From contig NC_068999.1 in assembly GCF_001194135.2 (NCBI RefSeq), forward strand, positions 31,141,719 through 31,205,718: 64,000 nucleotides of DNA. Reading direction: 5' to 3'. The stretch comes from Octopus bimaculoides. Taxonomy: Eukaryota. The notes beneath the pieces were generated by a model. The model ran no database searches and was not told the origin of the DNA. It saw only the letters and a list, made by a program, of their open reading frames with translations. Position numbers and translations under genes: made by a program. Every line of letters starts with the position of its first letter. Positions within the stretch are counted from its first letter, which is position 1. This document shows positions 38,110-50,519 of this stretch, piece after piece.

Positions 38110-38480
38110 ACAAATAGTAAATGAGTATATACATATATACGTACAGGTATGTGCATACCGACATCCACCTGCATGTATAGGTGCATATCTGGGTACAGGA
38201 CATTGCAAACAAAACATAGACGAGAAAACACACAAGCCACATAGAGAACATTCTTCTTCATCAGCTACCCCCGTTTTAACACCGGCGTTTCGAGTATATA
38301 CATATAAACACATGTACATACATTCACCAACATTCACCTGTTGGACCGCTGAAATCTACAAGTTTTCTTCATTCTCTCTCAGTTTATTTTCTCTTATTCC
38401 TTTCTGTTGCAGAGCATAGGCTCGAAACATAAACAACTTTTTCATTCTTCCCGAGTGTCAAACTAATACAGTTGCATGTT
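38110..38480. repeat. Interspersed repeat family; related segment in opposite orientation at about 40360-40500
   Basis: cgaaacg(c/t)c..agctgatgaag..gtcctgtaccc(a/t)gatatgca shared; gagcataggctcgaaac at 38411 is mirrored at about 38713-38735. Confidence 0.6.
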
Positions 38481-38799
38481 ATTCATATACCTGTCTTCAT
38501 CTTTTGTTTCTTTATAAATTTCAATTATATACATGTATATAGGTATGTACACACACATATATGTGTATATGTAGTTATACATACATATTATATATATATA
38601 TATATATATATATGGGAGATTTTACGAAAAAAACAACAGATGAAGACAGGTGGTGTAAACAACAAATGGATGTATTAGTTTAACGCTCGGAAATAGAGAA
38701 AGTCTTTGACATTTCGAGCATACGCTCTTCAACTGAAAGGAACACAGAAAGAAACAAGGAGAAAAAAAATTTAAATGTAGTGGTCAGCGATCTATCATG

Positions 38800-39010
38800 G
38801 CGAATGCTGGACATAATATTGTTGCACCACTAATATCTCCATACCTTGCACTGAGTACATCTTATGGAGTTTCTACCTATGCTTTTCCTACAGATCAAGC
38901 AAGCCATCTACCTGAAGGGATTTGTGATTTGTTTGCTTTCCTACTTACTAAGACTTTGGTTTTTGCTAGATTAACTCCTTGATTTTAGACTTTGCTTCCA
39001 CACCTGAAAT
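38800..39010 (-). mobile_element. RTE RT fragment (KQSLESK..NLAKTKVLVSRKANKSQIPSGRW)
   Basis: Matches 42690-42800 and the reverse complement of 14820-14960. Confidence 0.75.
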
Positions 39011-39464
39011 TTTTTACAGAAATAAACATGAACGTATCATAGTGTTTTAAGAGAATGGTAGTGGATGTAGTTATTAAGGGATAAAGAGAAAGAAAAATAA
39101 ATAGATAGAGAGAAAGGAATTAGTAGTGAAGCAAGAAGTACAGAAATTGGAGGAGGAAAACAAGGATTGGTATGAAGGATAAAATAAGGTATATAAAAAT
39201 ATAATGCACAAAAATAAACGAGAAAATAAATAAATAAATATCTCTGGATATTTTCATTATTTTACCCTATTAAGGCTATAACCATACATGGATTCATATG
39301 GGATTGCACTTAAGGACTTATGGACTAACATCTACACTATCGGAAATTGGAATTGTGAACTTTTATGCTTCTTTTTTTTTCTTTTTCTTCATTTCTTTAT
39401 TCCTTTTCTCCTGTCCTCTATGTCATTGTTTCAGTAAACAATACCCTTTACATTTTCCCTATTT

Positions 39465-39520
39465 GTCTCCAATGATGGACTATCCCATACTTTGGGATAT
39501 CCCAGAACCAGCTGTAAGAC
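39465..39520 (+). ncRNA. Degenerate type I hammerhead, same family as 37514-37562
   Basis: GTCT-CCAATGA-tggactATCCCA tactt TGGGATatccca-GAAC C AGCT G-TA|AGAC; stems I and III intact, core mutated. Confidence 0.55.
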
Positions 39521-39598
39521 TTTGAATTTTTTCACTAATAATAATGTATATGACTTAGGATGTTTGTCTTGCATTAACAATGTTGTGCTCTTTAACAA

Positions 39599-39640
<42 letters not shown>

Positions 39641-40559
39641 NNNNNNNNNNNNNNNNNNNNNNNNNNNNNNNNNNNNNNNNNNNNNNNNNNNNNNNNNNNN
39701 NNNNNNNNNNNNNNNNNNNNNNNNNNNNNNNNNNNNNNNNNNNNNNNNNNNNNNNNNNNNNNNNNNNNNNNNNNNNNNNNNNNNNNNNNNNNNNNNNNNN
39801 NNNNNNNNNNNNNNNNNNNNNNNNNNNNNNNNNNNNNNNNNNNNNNNNNNNNNNNNNNNNNNNNNNNNNNNNNNNNNNNNNNNNNNNNNNNNNNNNNNNN
39901 NNNNNNNNNNNNNNNNNNNNNNNNNNNNNNNNNNNNNNNNNNNNNNNNNNNNNNNNNNNNNNNNNNNNNNNNNNNNNNNNNNNNNNNNNNNNNNNNNNNN
40001 NNNNNNNNNNNNNNNNNNNNNNNNNNNNNNNNNNNNNNNNNNNNNNNNNNNNNNNNNNNNNNNNNNNNNNNNNNNNNNNNNNNNNNNNNNNNNNNNNNNN
40101 NNNNNNNNNNNNNNNNNNNNNNNNNNNNNNNNNNNNNNNNNNNNNNNNNNNNNNNNNNNNNNNNNNNNNNNNNNNNNNNNNNNACCTCAGATTTGCGTTT
40201 GGCCGTACGGCTTTTGAATGTTGTTTTCACTGTCCATTTTTTCCTGTCTTGGTTTGTGTTTGCCACCTTGGAATCCTCTGTGTTGTGGGTTGATCCACTA
40301 CTCAGGAAGAGACTATTCTAGAGTACGTTCTGTCTTATCTTCGAAACGTCTAGATAGAATAGAGACAGCTGATGAAGGGATATTCCAAGTGGCTTTCCGT
40401 TTTCCTATGTGTTCGTTCCGTTGTCTGTAGTTTATTGTTCTAACGTCCTGTACCCTGATATGCATGTATATACACATGTAGATGTAAGTATGTACATATA
40501 TGTGCGTATACATGTATATATATTCTTTGTATTATTATATATATATATACATATATATA

Positions 40560-40992
40560 TGTATATGAACCTGAGGATGTGTGTATGTCTGTCTGTCTGT
40601 CTGTCTGTGTGTGTGCATCACTAAAACTCAAGAACAACCCAACCCATTTCATTCAAATTTTACACATGCACTACTTAGGGTACATGGAGTGTTATCGGCT
40701 AAAATAATTTTCAGTTTGCCTAATGAAAGCCTAGAGCAATCTCTCACACTGTTTCGGTATTATATGTCAACAGTGAAACAATAACAATTCTGTGGTAATA
40801 TGAGATAATAGTTTCACTATTAAAAGTGAAACTATAATCTCACATTACATATATGCATGCATACACACACACACACACATATTTTTATTATATATATATA
40901 TATATATATATATCATGTGTGTATATATATATACGTATATATATATACATGCATATATATGTGTATATACATCTGTATATATATATATGTAT

Positions 40993-41026
<34 letters not shown>

Positions 41027-41070
41027 TGTATGTATATAGTTGCATATGTATACATGTATATGTATAGATG

Positions 41071-41129
<59 letters not shown>

Positions 41130-41420
41130 GTATATATATGTATGTATGTATGTATATATCTATATCTATATATATATATATGTATATATATANNNNNNNN
41201 NNNNNNNNNNNNNNNNNNNNNNNNNNNNNNNNNNNNNNNNNNNNNNNNNNNNNNNNNNNNNNNNNNNNNNNNNNNNNNNNNNNNNNNNNNNNNNNNNNNN
41301 NNNNNNNNNNNNNNNNNNNNNNNNNNNNNNNNNNNNNNNNNNNNNNNNNNNNNNNNNNNNNNNNNNNNNNNNNNNNNNNNNNNNNNNNNNNNNNNNNNNN
41401 NNNNNNNNNNNNNNNNNNNN

Positions 41421-41451
<31 letters not shown>

Positions 41452-41495
41452 TAGATATAGATATAGATATATATGTATACATATAGATGTACATG
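40560..41495. repeat. Extended compound (TA)n/(TATG)n microsatellite region around a gap
   Basis: Direct reading; unique sequence interrupts at about 40620-40840. Confidence 0.85.
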
Positions 41496-41504
41496 CATAT
41501 ATCA

Positions 41505-44500
41505 TCATCAACATCGTCGTGTGATGTCCGCTTTCCATGCTGTCATGGGTTGGATGGTTTGCATGAGGGCTGGCAAGCCAGAAGGCTGCACCAGGCTCAA
41601 GTCTGATCTGGTAAAGTTTCTACAGCTGGATGCTCTTCCTAATGCCAACCACTCCAAGAGTGTAGTGGGTGCTTTTTACATGTCACTGGCATGTGGGCAA
41701 ATCAGGTGGTACTGGCATCAACTTTGCTTGAATTTATGTGCCACCGGTACAGGAGCCAGTCAGGTGGCACTGGTATCGACCATGCTCAAATAGTGCTTTC
41801 TATGTGTCACTGGCACAGGTACCAATCAGGCAGTGCTGTCATTGACCAAAACAATGACTTCACTTGACTCAACAGATCTTCGCAAGCACAGTTTATTGCC
41901 CAGTGATTGAAGGGTACTCTTAAATGAGCCAGTTATGCTGCACTGGCCTAGGCCACGGTTATGGTCTCACTTGCCATGTCTTCTCAAGCACAGCATATCT
42001 CCAAAGGTTTCGATCACTTGTCATTGCCTCCATGGTTTTCATCCCAGGTTTTCCTGGGTCTACCTCTTCCACAGGTTCAATCCACTACTAGGGTGTGACA
42101 CTTTTTCACACAGCTGTCCTCATCCATACACAGCACATGACCATACTAGCACAGTCGTCTCTCTTGCATACAACATCTGATGCTTCTTATGTCCAACTTT
42201 ACTCTCAGGGCGCTTACACTCTGTCGTCTTTGCATACTAACATTACACATCCAGTGGAGCATACTAGTTTCATTCCTCTCAAGCTGATATATGTCCTCAG
42301 CAGTCACAGTCCATGTTTCACTGCTGTGTAGCATGGCTGTTCACACACGTGTCATACAGTCTACCTTTTACTCTAAGCAAGAGGCCCCTTATCACCAGTA
42401 GAGGTAGGAGCTCTCTGAACTTTGCCCAGGCTATTCTTATTCTAGCAGCTGCACTCTCAGAGCATCCACCCATACTAGTGACTTGCTCACCTCAGTAACA
42501 GAAGCTCTCAACTACTTCTAGTTTTTTCCCCTGTCATGGGATGGAAGTGTTTATTGCCTCTGAGCATTTGCCACACACAAAACTATCTTCCCAGTTAACC
42601 TTCCTTTGATATTGCTGTACCACTTATGTGCCCATAGCTTACACCAAGTATATCTTATGGAGCTTCTCCCTATAACTTTTCTACGGATCAAGCAGGGCCA
42701 TCTACCTGAAGGGATTTGTGATTTATCTGCCTTCCTATTTATTAAGACTTTGGTTTTTGCTAATCTAGCAAAAGCGCTTTGATTCTAGACTTTGCTTCCA
42801 TACCTGAAACTTATCCTCTAGTTCTGATAGTGACTCAGCTGTTACAGCAAGATCATCAGCATAGAGAAGGTCCGAGGGGCATCCTGTCTTGAATTCCTCT
42901 GTTATTGCCTGGAGAAGTATGATGAATAAGAGGGGGCCCCTACCTCTACCTGGAATTCTTTTCTCTTTGCTCTTTGCCAACCCTCACCTTACTGACAGCA
43001 ACCCTAGTTTCCTCATTGACCACTAGATAAATGATTGCAGGACCCTGTCTAAAGCTTTTTCTATGTCAACAAAAACCAGGTATAGATGTATATCTTTGGC
43101 TAGGTATTTCTCCTGCAGCTGTCTTACCAGAAATATAGCATTTGTGGTGCACTTCCCTGGCACAAACCCAAACTGCATCTTGTCTAAACGACCTCCCTCC
43201 CTAATTAGTTGGGCTATGACCCTCTCCGAGACTTTCACTATCTGATCCAATTAATTGATATCTTTGTGATTATATCTAATGCATCACCTTTACCTCTGTA
43301 GCAGTTGACTATGGTGCTGCTACATCTGTCATTGGCTGACTCCTTCATGTATTACCTGATTAACTATTCAGGTGACTAGACTATAGCCGACACCGCCAGA
43401 TATTTTAAGCATCTCTGCAGTGCTTCCTGATGTGCTGGGGGCTTTCCCTGTCTTCATTCTCTTAATTGCTTTACCTACCAAGGTACTGTCAATTCGGATA
43501 GCTGATCCCTCTGTTGGGTCGACATTTGGCAGACTCCCTTTCTCCCATTCATTCTCTTCATTTAGCAACCTTTCATAGTGTCATCTCCAAGTTTCTCTCC
43601 TTGCAGCCTCATTAAATGCAAGTGAGCCATCATTCATATGGACACATTTCTCTCCTATGACATCATGATTCTCTCTTACATACTGTCTTGCAACACGAAA
43701 CACTTCAAGTTTTTGGTCCTTATGACGCAGAACATTTGCAAATTTTTTCTTATCAGCTTCCTTTCTGGCTAAGTAAACCTGTCTCCTAGCTTTCCTTCTA
43801 GCAATATGATACAGTTCCCTGCTACCACCGTTCTTCCAATGCCTGTTTCTTTTCCCTAATGGCCCTGTCAACTACATTGTTCCACCGCAACATTACTTTG
43901 GGTCGAGAGGGAACTTTGCACCATCCACAGATCTGGTCAGTAGCCCTCAACAGGTTGTCCTGTATGAACCTCCAATCGTTCCCCACATCATGTGATGCCA
44001 TATCCCCCTCTATTTTGTCAAAAGCTTTGAGTGATACGTCTCTAAATCTCTGTCCATTCACAGGATCCTTAAGCTTCCAGACCCTTCTTCTCCATGCTGG
44101 TCTTCTTCTGGGCATCCATTTAGCCCTGATCCTGAAGTCACTAACTACTAATCTATGTTGTGGGGTGCATTCTTCACCCGAGAAGGTTTTGGCATTTATA
44201 AGCAGCCATCTTTCCCATTTCCTGGCAAGGATGTAATCAATCTGACTAGTGTGTCCACCAGATTGGTAGGTGAACAAGTGACTGGCAGATTTCCTGAAGT
44301 TGATATTACAAATCATTAGATCATTTGCATCACAGAACTCCAGCAGCCTGGTTCCCCACTCATTGCAAAAACCAAAACCGTAGCCTCCATATACACCATC
44401 GAAGCCCCCTCTGCATGTTGTCCAACATGCCAATTGAAGTTTCCACCCACAAAGAGAAGGTTCCTGTCATTCGTCAACGAGGTAGTCTGCAAGAGGGTGT

Positions 44501-44900
44501 CATAAAATCTGTCTTTCTATTCATCAGGTAGCCCAGGCTGAGGGGCATAAGCTGAGATAATGGTTGCTAACCCATGATGAAGCACTAATCTAATCTTAAG
44601 TATTCTATCACAGACACTGACTATCTCAATTACCTTATCAACCCATTTCTCCACAAGAAGTATACCCATGCCCCCAACCCCATCAGTGTTCCTGGCCCAG
44701 AAAATTTTATACCTATGTTCTTTGTCTGTAAAGAACCTAGTAGAACTTCCTCTCCACCTTATCCTTGAATGCAGCACAGATCTACACATCTCCGTTCAAG
44801 TATCTCAACAATCTCACTAGACCTACTTTTCAGTGTGCCAACTCTGAGTGCATGGGAGGTGTGGGCCCATGAGACCCTGGGATGGAGGACAATAGTGTCA
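41505..44900 (-). mobile_element. Near full-length RTE LINE remnant (AP endonuclease, RT with PHD, 3' UTR)
   Basis: RVGTLKSRS.EIVEILERRCVDLCCIQ, IISAYAPQPG, G.FN.HVG, GFGFCNEWGTRLLEF, SQIDYIL, QFGFVPGKCTTNAIF, LLYADDLA, PHD remnant at about 42560-42705, LEVVESFCY, (ATC)n tail at about 41505. Confidence 0.95.
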
Positions 44901-45589
44901 TGTACCTGAAAAGAAAATTCGCATTTGGCAGAACTCATAAACATACACTTGCCTTCAACCTGTATACACTACACCGTCATTTTATGCACTTCATAATCAC
45001 TACATCACATAGAAGATAAACATTAAGTAGGGATGGGTGAACATTAAGCCTTTGGAGGTGTTCATGGGAGAGACATCTGATAGAGGTCACAGGATAGAGA
45101 CTTCCGGTAGAGATGGTGGGGGTAGGAAGGGCGGGTGCACTGCAAAACAGCAAAAACTCAGGCTGTTGGTGTGAGAAAATATTAATAATAATATTGAAAT
45201 AGAAATGGGCATTTGAATTCTTAACTAGAGCTATAACCAACAGATTGCAGTCAGCCAAACTGTGACAAAGTTAGAGAAATGAATGAATAAAGGAAAATAA
45301 TAAATGGCAATAATATATGTGCGTGAAAGAGAGGGAGAAAGATGAAGAGCTGGATTGAGCAAAGGGATCTTAAGTTTTTTCTATAAACATATGGCATGGA
45401 AGACGAAACTTTGTTTACATAGATAGATAATGAAATGAAATAATAAAGTAATTATAATCTGTGCTGAAAAAGAGGTATATATATCTATATGTATGTAGCA
45501 AAAATTTTGAGTCAGATGAATTAGGTACTTAAGTTGAGGCACCAGAATTTAATACAATATTATCCATACAGTTTCAAAATGAAGTGATG

Positions 45590-45860
45590 AAAATCAAAAT
45601 AAGCAACAGGATATCTAGAGGTAATGCAGTACGATTGTTTCAGGCAACTCCATTTAATTGAACAATGCAACCATTACATCACTTTAAATGCAGAGCAATC
45701 CTCAGCTGCATAAATACATAGAATTAAATTAAATTAAAACAGATGGACACATCAGCACACTTTTACCTAAAACCTCTAAGAAGGTAAGGAGATAGACAAA
45801 GAACATGCTGTCTTCATTTCAGCTTAGAAGCTACTAAGGTATCAGGAAGAAAGACTTGTT
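45590..45860 (-). mobile_element. Penelope-like pseudo-LTR, inverted relative to the adjacent RT
   Basis: Same family as 26110-26390; lies just upstream of the plus-strand Penelope RT. Confidence 0.6.
45624..45711 (-). ncRNA. Type I hammerhead motif
   Basis: Minus: ATGCAG-CTGAGGA-57 nt-GAAAC AATC GTA|CTGCAT; 6-bp perfect stem I; stem II junction is non-canonical. Confidence 0.65.
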
Positions 45861-45949
45861 AGAGATCTAGCTTGTTGCTACTTTTTGGGTTCAGTTTTAA
45901 TTTATAGTCTTATTTATCGAATCTAACCAAGTGAACCAAGGATTAACTT

Positions 45950-46640
45950 AAAGGACCACAAGAAGAAATTCCATGGTAATGCTACTGTAAAACTAATTTG
46001 CCTGACTAAGTCTGATATTGGTCAACTTAGCAAATCTATTCTGGACAATATTCTACCCCTTATAATTCCCAACCTAACTCTCAAATTAAGGTTTGATACA
46101 GATGAGGTAACACATTGGTTTAAATCCATTGATAACATAGGTAATTATTCTTTTATCCAATTTGACATTAATAGTTCTTATTCCAGTATATCCCCTATTC
46201 TTCTGAAAAAATCTCTAATTTTTGCTAAAAACTTCTCTCTAATAATTAGGGATAAAATCGACATTATTCTTTTAGCTAGAAGGACTATTATAGAATTTGA
46301 GGGTAAACTTTGAACAAGGGCTGACACCCCCGAAAACTTTGATATAGCTATGGGCTCAAGTGACTTGGCTGAAATCACTAATCTAGTTGGTGTACCTTTC
46401 AAGGTGCCTAAATAGAGAAATCCCTGAATTACAGGGAGATTTATATAGAGATGATGCTCTGTTTATCATCCCTAGCAATAATAAATCTGTCATAGAAAGA
46501 ATGAGGAAAAGAATTAGAGAATTTAAAAAAAACTTTAACTTAGGTATTACATATGAATATGGCACAAAGGTAGTAAACTTTTTAGATACTACTTTAGACA
46601 TTAACTCTAGATTACACCACCCCTATAGGAAACCAAGTGA
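45950..46640 (+). mobile_element. Penelope-like reverse transcriptase fragment
   Basis: KSDIGQLSKSILD, FIQFDINSSYSSI, FDIAMGSSDLAEITNLVG, DLYRDDAL, VNFLDTTLD, PYRKP. Confidence 0.9.
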
Positions 46641-46645
46641 AGTTA

Positions 46646-46702
46646 TCATGGCCGGTATGACAGACTTTAACAGTCTGTTAAAGTCTGTCATACCGGCCAT
46701 GA
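46646..46702. repeat. Perfect 57-bp palindrome (28-bp arms, 1-nt centre)
   Basis: tcatggccggtatgacagactttaacag-T(46674)-ctgttaaagtctgtcataccggccatga; arms checked base by base. Confidence 0.95.
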
Positions 46703-47178
46703 CAAAGGGAAATAGCCCTGAAACTCGAGTCCCCTTTATATATTTATATTTTTATATTTATATATTTGATCCTTTATATTGAACACTCAATATTTCATCT
46801 ACATTCAATACTTTCTTTCATGGTGCCATCCATTTTTATTTTATNNNNNNNNNNNNNNNNNNNNNNNNNNNNNNNNNNNNNNNNNNNNNNNNNNNNNNNN
46901 NNNNNNNNNNNNNNNNNNNNNNNNNNNNNNNNNNNNNNNNNNNNNNNNNNNNNNNNNNNNNNNNNNNNNNNNNNNNNNNNNNNNNNNNNNNNNNNNNNNN
47001 NNNNNNNNNNNNNNNNNNNNNNNNNNNNNNNNNNNNNNNNNNNNNNNNNNNNNNNNNNNNNNNNNNNNNNNNNNNNNNNNNNNNNNNNNNNNNNNNNNNN
47101 NNNNNNNNNNNNNNNNNNNNNNNNNNNNNNNNNNNNNNNNNNNNNNNNNNNNNNNNNNNNNNNNNNNNNNNNNNNATA

Positions 47179-47978
47179 CCGTATATCCCTGAGTATAATC
47201 CGCCTTTTTTCCCCAAAATTTAAAGGTCAAAATCCCTAGTGCGTACTATATACAAGGTTATAAATGAAAAATATTTTCTAAGCAATGTCCGAGTGTCTAT
47301 TTGCTGTCCAGCGATGTTTATTCAGACGTATTTTGTGATGTCGGGCGTGAAAATACCATAAGCTAAGCCTGAAAGCAATGAAGTCATAAAAGAATCATCC
47401 ATAACTTGCAGTAAGCAACATTTATTAGAATAAAAGTGTTGTATATCGTCTGCACTGGAAGGTACTCAGGATGACGTTGTATGGAAAGATGAAATAAATG
47501 AAAGTGAATCTTCTGATGTTGACTATGAATCTGACAATGACAGAGATTTACACTACAATGATGCTGACATGTTTACGGAAGAACAAATGGAACAGTTATT
47601 TGAGGCTGAAAGTGACGTTGAATTTGAAGGATTTGAATAAATGTTTTTGCTTTTGCTTTTGTAACTCAGAGTGATAAATATGTAAAGGCAATTTACTTAA
47701 TATTTATTTTTCACTGACCTTATTACTGTTATTTCTTTATTTTCTGCTAACAAAGTGCACAAAAAAGCTACACGTTTTCATTATGTCATATATACAATAA
47801 TAATAAAGGATGTTACCATATATATGTTTACAAACCAAGGACGTTATATAGACCTCCTTGACTGAAGTTAAAGAAGGGGTGCGTATTATACACAAGGTTT
47901 AGGTTTTTCAGAGGTACAGCCCCCTAAAAATTCCCTGCGTATTATACCCAAGGGCGGACTATACTTGAGGATTTACAG
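47179..47978 (+). mobile_element. Non-autonomous pogo-like element with about 26-bp TIRs and TA target sites
   Basis: TA|ccgtatatccctgagtataatccgcc..ggcggactatacttgaggatttacag|TA; acidic C-terminus CCISSALEGTQDDVVW..LFEAESDVEFEGFE*. Confidence 0.85.
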
Positions 47979-48057
47979 TATATATATATATATGTATGTA
48001 TGTATATACATATGGTAAATGAAAGATGGAAGATGGAAGATATGAGAATTTTCATTA

Positions 48058-48163
48058 ATCACAACTATTGTTTCGACACATCTAGCATCGATCCCTCATG
48101 AGTGAGATACTTAACAACTGGATCAGGAGCATCTGATAGTGCAGATGTGTCTCTTCAGGTGAT
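48058..48163 (-). ncRNA. Type I hammerhead ribozyme, intact core, long stem II
   Basis: Minus: ATCAC-CTGAAGA-GACACATCT..59 nt..AGATGTGTC-GAAAC AATA GTT|GTGAT; 9-bp stem II, 5-bp stem I, GUU triplet. Confidence 0.8.
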
Positions 48164-48749
48164 AAATAGATATAACTTGTTAAAATAATAGTTCTGCAAT
48201 GTAATTTCTCATTTTGTCAAAAGAAAAGTAGCAAAACAAAGGAAATATCTTCATTTAAGTAGAAGATCAAAAATAACAGATGAAAAAATGAAGCAAATAT
48301 GCAGTACAATGAAAAGTGTATTAAAAATAACCGTTAACAGATAAGGATGTATAAATGCCCTTGCGCAAACTGCATGGTGCATGTACACATGCTCATACAA
48401 GCATCCAAAATGGAGTAAGCATATGCACATGTGTGGTTTGGTGCACACTTGTTCATATAATGAGTTAAATAGCTACTTGATGTTTATAAGAATGAGGTGG
48501 TTAAAGCTAAACTTAATTCATCCATACCTTAAAGTAAATTATGTTAACAGTTACTCAGATTCATTTCCACTGCATTGTGCGAAAGTACATTTATATGCAT
48601 GTAGGTATCTTGAAAGTCTTTCAGAAATTCTATTAATAATCTTCTCATTGTTCCACAGAATAGACGGATTCCTCGGAGGAGATTTGGCATCTCTTGGAAA
48701 TGATATTGTATGGTTTTGTGTACCTTACTATGGACCAAGTTATGTAATA

Positions 48750-49290
48750 CATAATCTTATCTTCCTTCAGTCACCACACAAAATCGGCCAAAGATATTGA
48801 ATGTGTCTTATTAATACTCATGAAGTTGGTGGCATAGTTGTGATAATGATCCTTAAATGAATCAGCAGTCTGCCCAATGTAAACATACAGCTCTCTCCTT
48901 GTGTGCACGGTACACTTATATACAAGATTTGTACTCTTGCAGAGTTCATCAATGGGCATTTTGATTTTTCTTTGCATGAGCATCTATTATATTTATTTGT
49001 ATATCTGGTAGTTCTGACTTCATTTTATGACGTTGCCATCATGTCAGCTTTATCATAATCATTTCTGCCATCACAATTTGGCCGTTTTTGGTGCTTTTCC
49101 TTGAGGTTTACATCTCCTTCATTGGTATTTAGATACATATATTTGCTAGATCCAGTAGGTAGCTTATCGAACTGTTGTCACATTTTACTATTGTTTATGT
49201 GGTGCATATGTTGCTCTAAATTGGTAGAGTTAACATAGGATACCTTCACAGTATGTTGATTAAAAATAGCATGGTATCTATTAAAGTTAG
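48750..49290 (-). mobile_element. Penelope-like element C-terminus (thumb plus GIY-YIG endonuclease)
   Basis: HAIFNQHTVKVSY..; LCKSTNLVYKCTV...YVYIGQTADSFKDHYHNY..F.....SISLADFVW. Confidence 0.88.
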
Positions 49291-49511
49291 AAGAACACAC
49301 ACACACATTCATACATACACATATTTACATTTTCGTACACAGATTGTACACACACACAAACCCAGAGAGTTTATGAAAAATTTTTTTCATTAAATTTTTC
49401 CAGACTTTTGATCAATGCCATCTCAAAGGAAAGAATATTAAAAATAATGTATACATGTATGTATTCTAAAAGATTAATACAGAAGACAGAGTGTACTGAA
49501 AGCTTTATTTA

Positions 49512-49605
49512 GGACAACAATTGTTTTGGCTTACTTCTGTATTGCTCCCTAGTGGGTGGGGAATCGAATGCACCCTGTATTGCAGAAGAAACCACCTCAG
49601 GCCAC
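49512..49605 (-). ncRNA. Degenerate type I hammerhead
   Basis: Minus: ggc-CTGAGGT-GGTTTCTTCTG..CAGAAG t AAGCC-AAAAC AATT GTT|gtcc; 11-bp stem II, palindromic ACAATTGT, core changes A9U and G12A. Confidence 0.55.
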
Positions 49606-50519
49606 ATAAAGTGGTTCAATGTTATAAGTTGTACATGTTGCTGATATGTGTAGCAAAATGATGTTGGTTCATATGCATGTTAGTAGCTCACCAATAGATT
49701 GAATCTAATATTCAAGTCTCATGAACAGCTTCAGTCTAATTCAGAGAGTATAAATATCATCCTCATTATCCTCATCATCACCATAATCCTCACCATCATT
49801 GTCATCATCATCATCCTCACGAGTTTGCTTTCGATGGTAGCATGGGTTAAATGGATCATTACAATCTGAATCAGTTCTTATTCAGAATTGCACTCCTCTC
49901 AGAACAGATAAAGAAATATGCCCCACCTGAACACTTTCTCTTTCATTTAGTTTATTTAGTTGGATGTCCTTCCAGTCACAAATGATTCTATAGAGTGTAC
50001 TGAGCAGTGTCCAATTGTGACTCTCACCCCCCCCCCCCCCCTCACACACACATACACACACACATTCACACAGACACATATTTGCATTTTCTTACACAAA
50101 TTATATACTCACACAAACCCAGAGAGTTTATAAATCATTTTTTTTCAATAAATTCTTCCAGACTTTTCATCAATGCCATTTCAAAGAAAAGAATATAAAA
50201 ATTAATCTAATTTCTTTTTCAACCAGATGGAAGATTTAAATTCACCATGTTGGTTTAAAGAATGAAATAAGCCAAGAATTATCTGGATGAAATTGAATGG
50301 ATGTGGTGGTAACCAAATTCTGCAAGACACATTTCAGACAATTACTTGTACAGTGGAGCAAGAATTTTAATTAAACTATTCTGAGACTATTTTCCTCTAT
50401 TTTTTGTTCAAAGAATATATTTTTACAGAGCAATAATAATAGAATCTTAAGATAATGGTAAAAAATATTATTAAATGTTACTGTTGTTGCGTTTGTGTAT
50501 ATGTTTGCCTGTCTGCGGG

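Noticed and set aside
38255-40400. cgaaacg(t/c)c..ctgatgaag (38255-38295 minus, 40352-40385 plus) and ttgaagagcgta(g/t)gctcgaaa (38405, 38715) as hammerheads
   Set aside because: Core words are present but stems I/II do not close in a valid topology in these copies; a family consensus is needed to decide.
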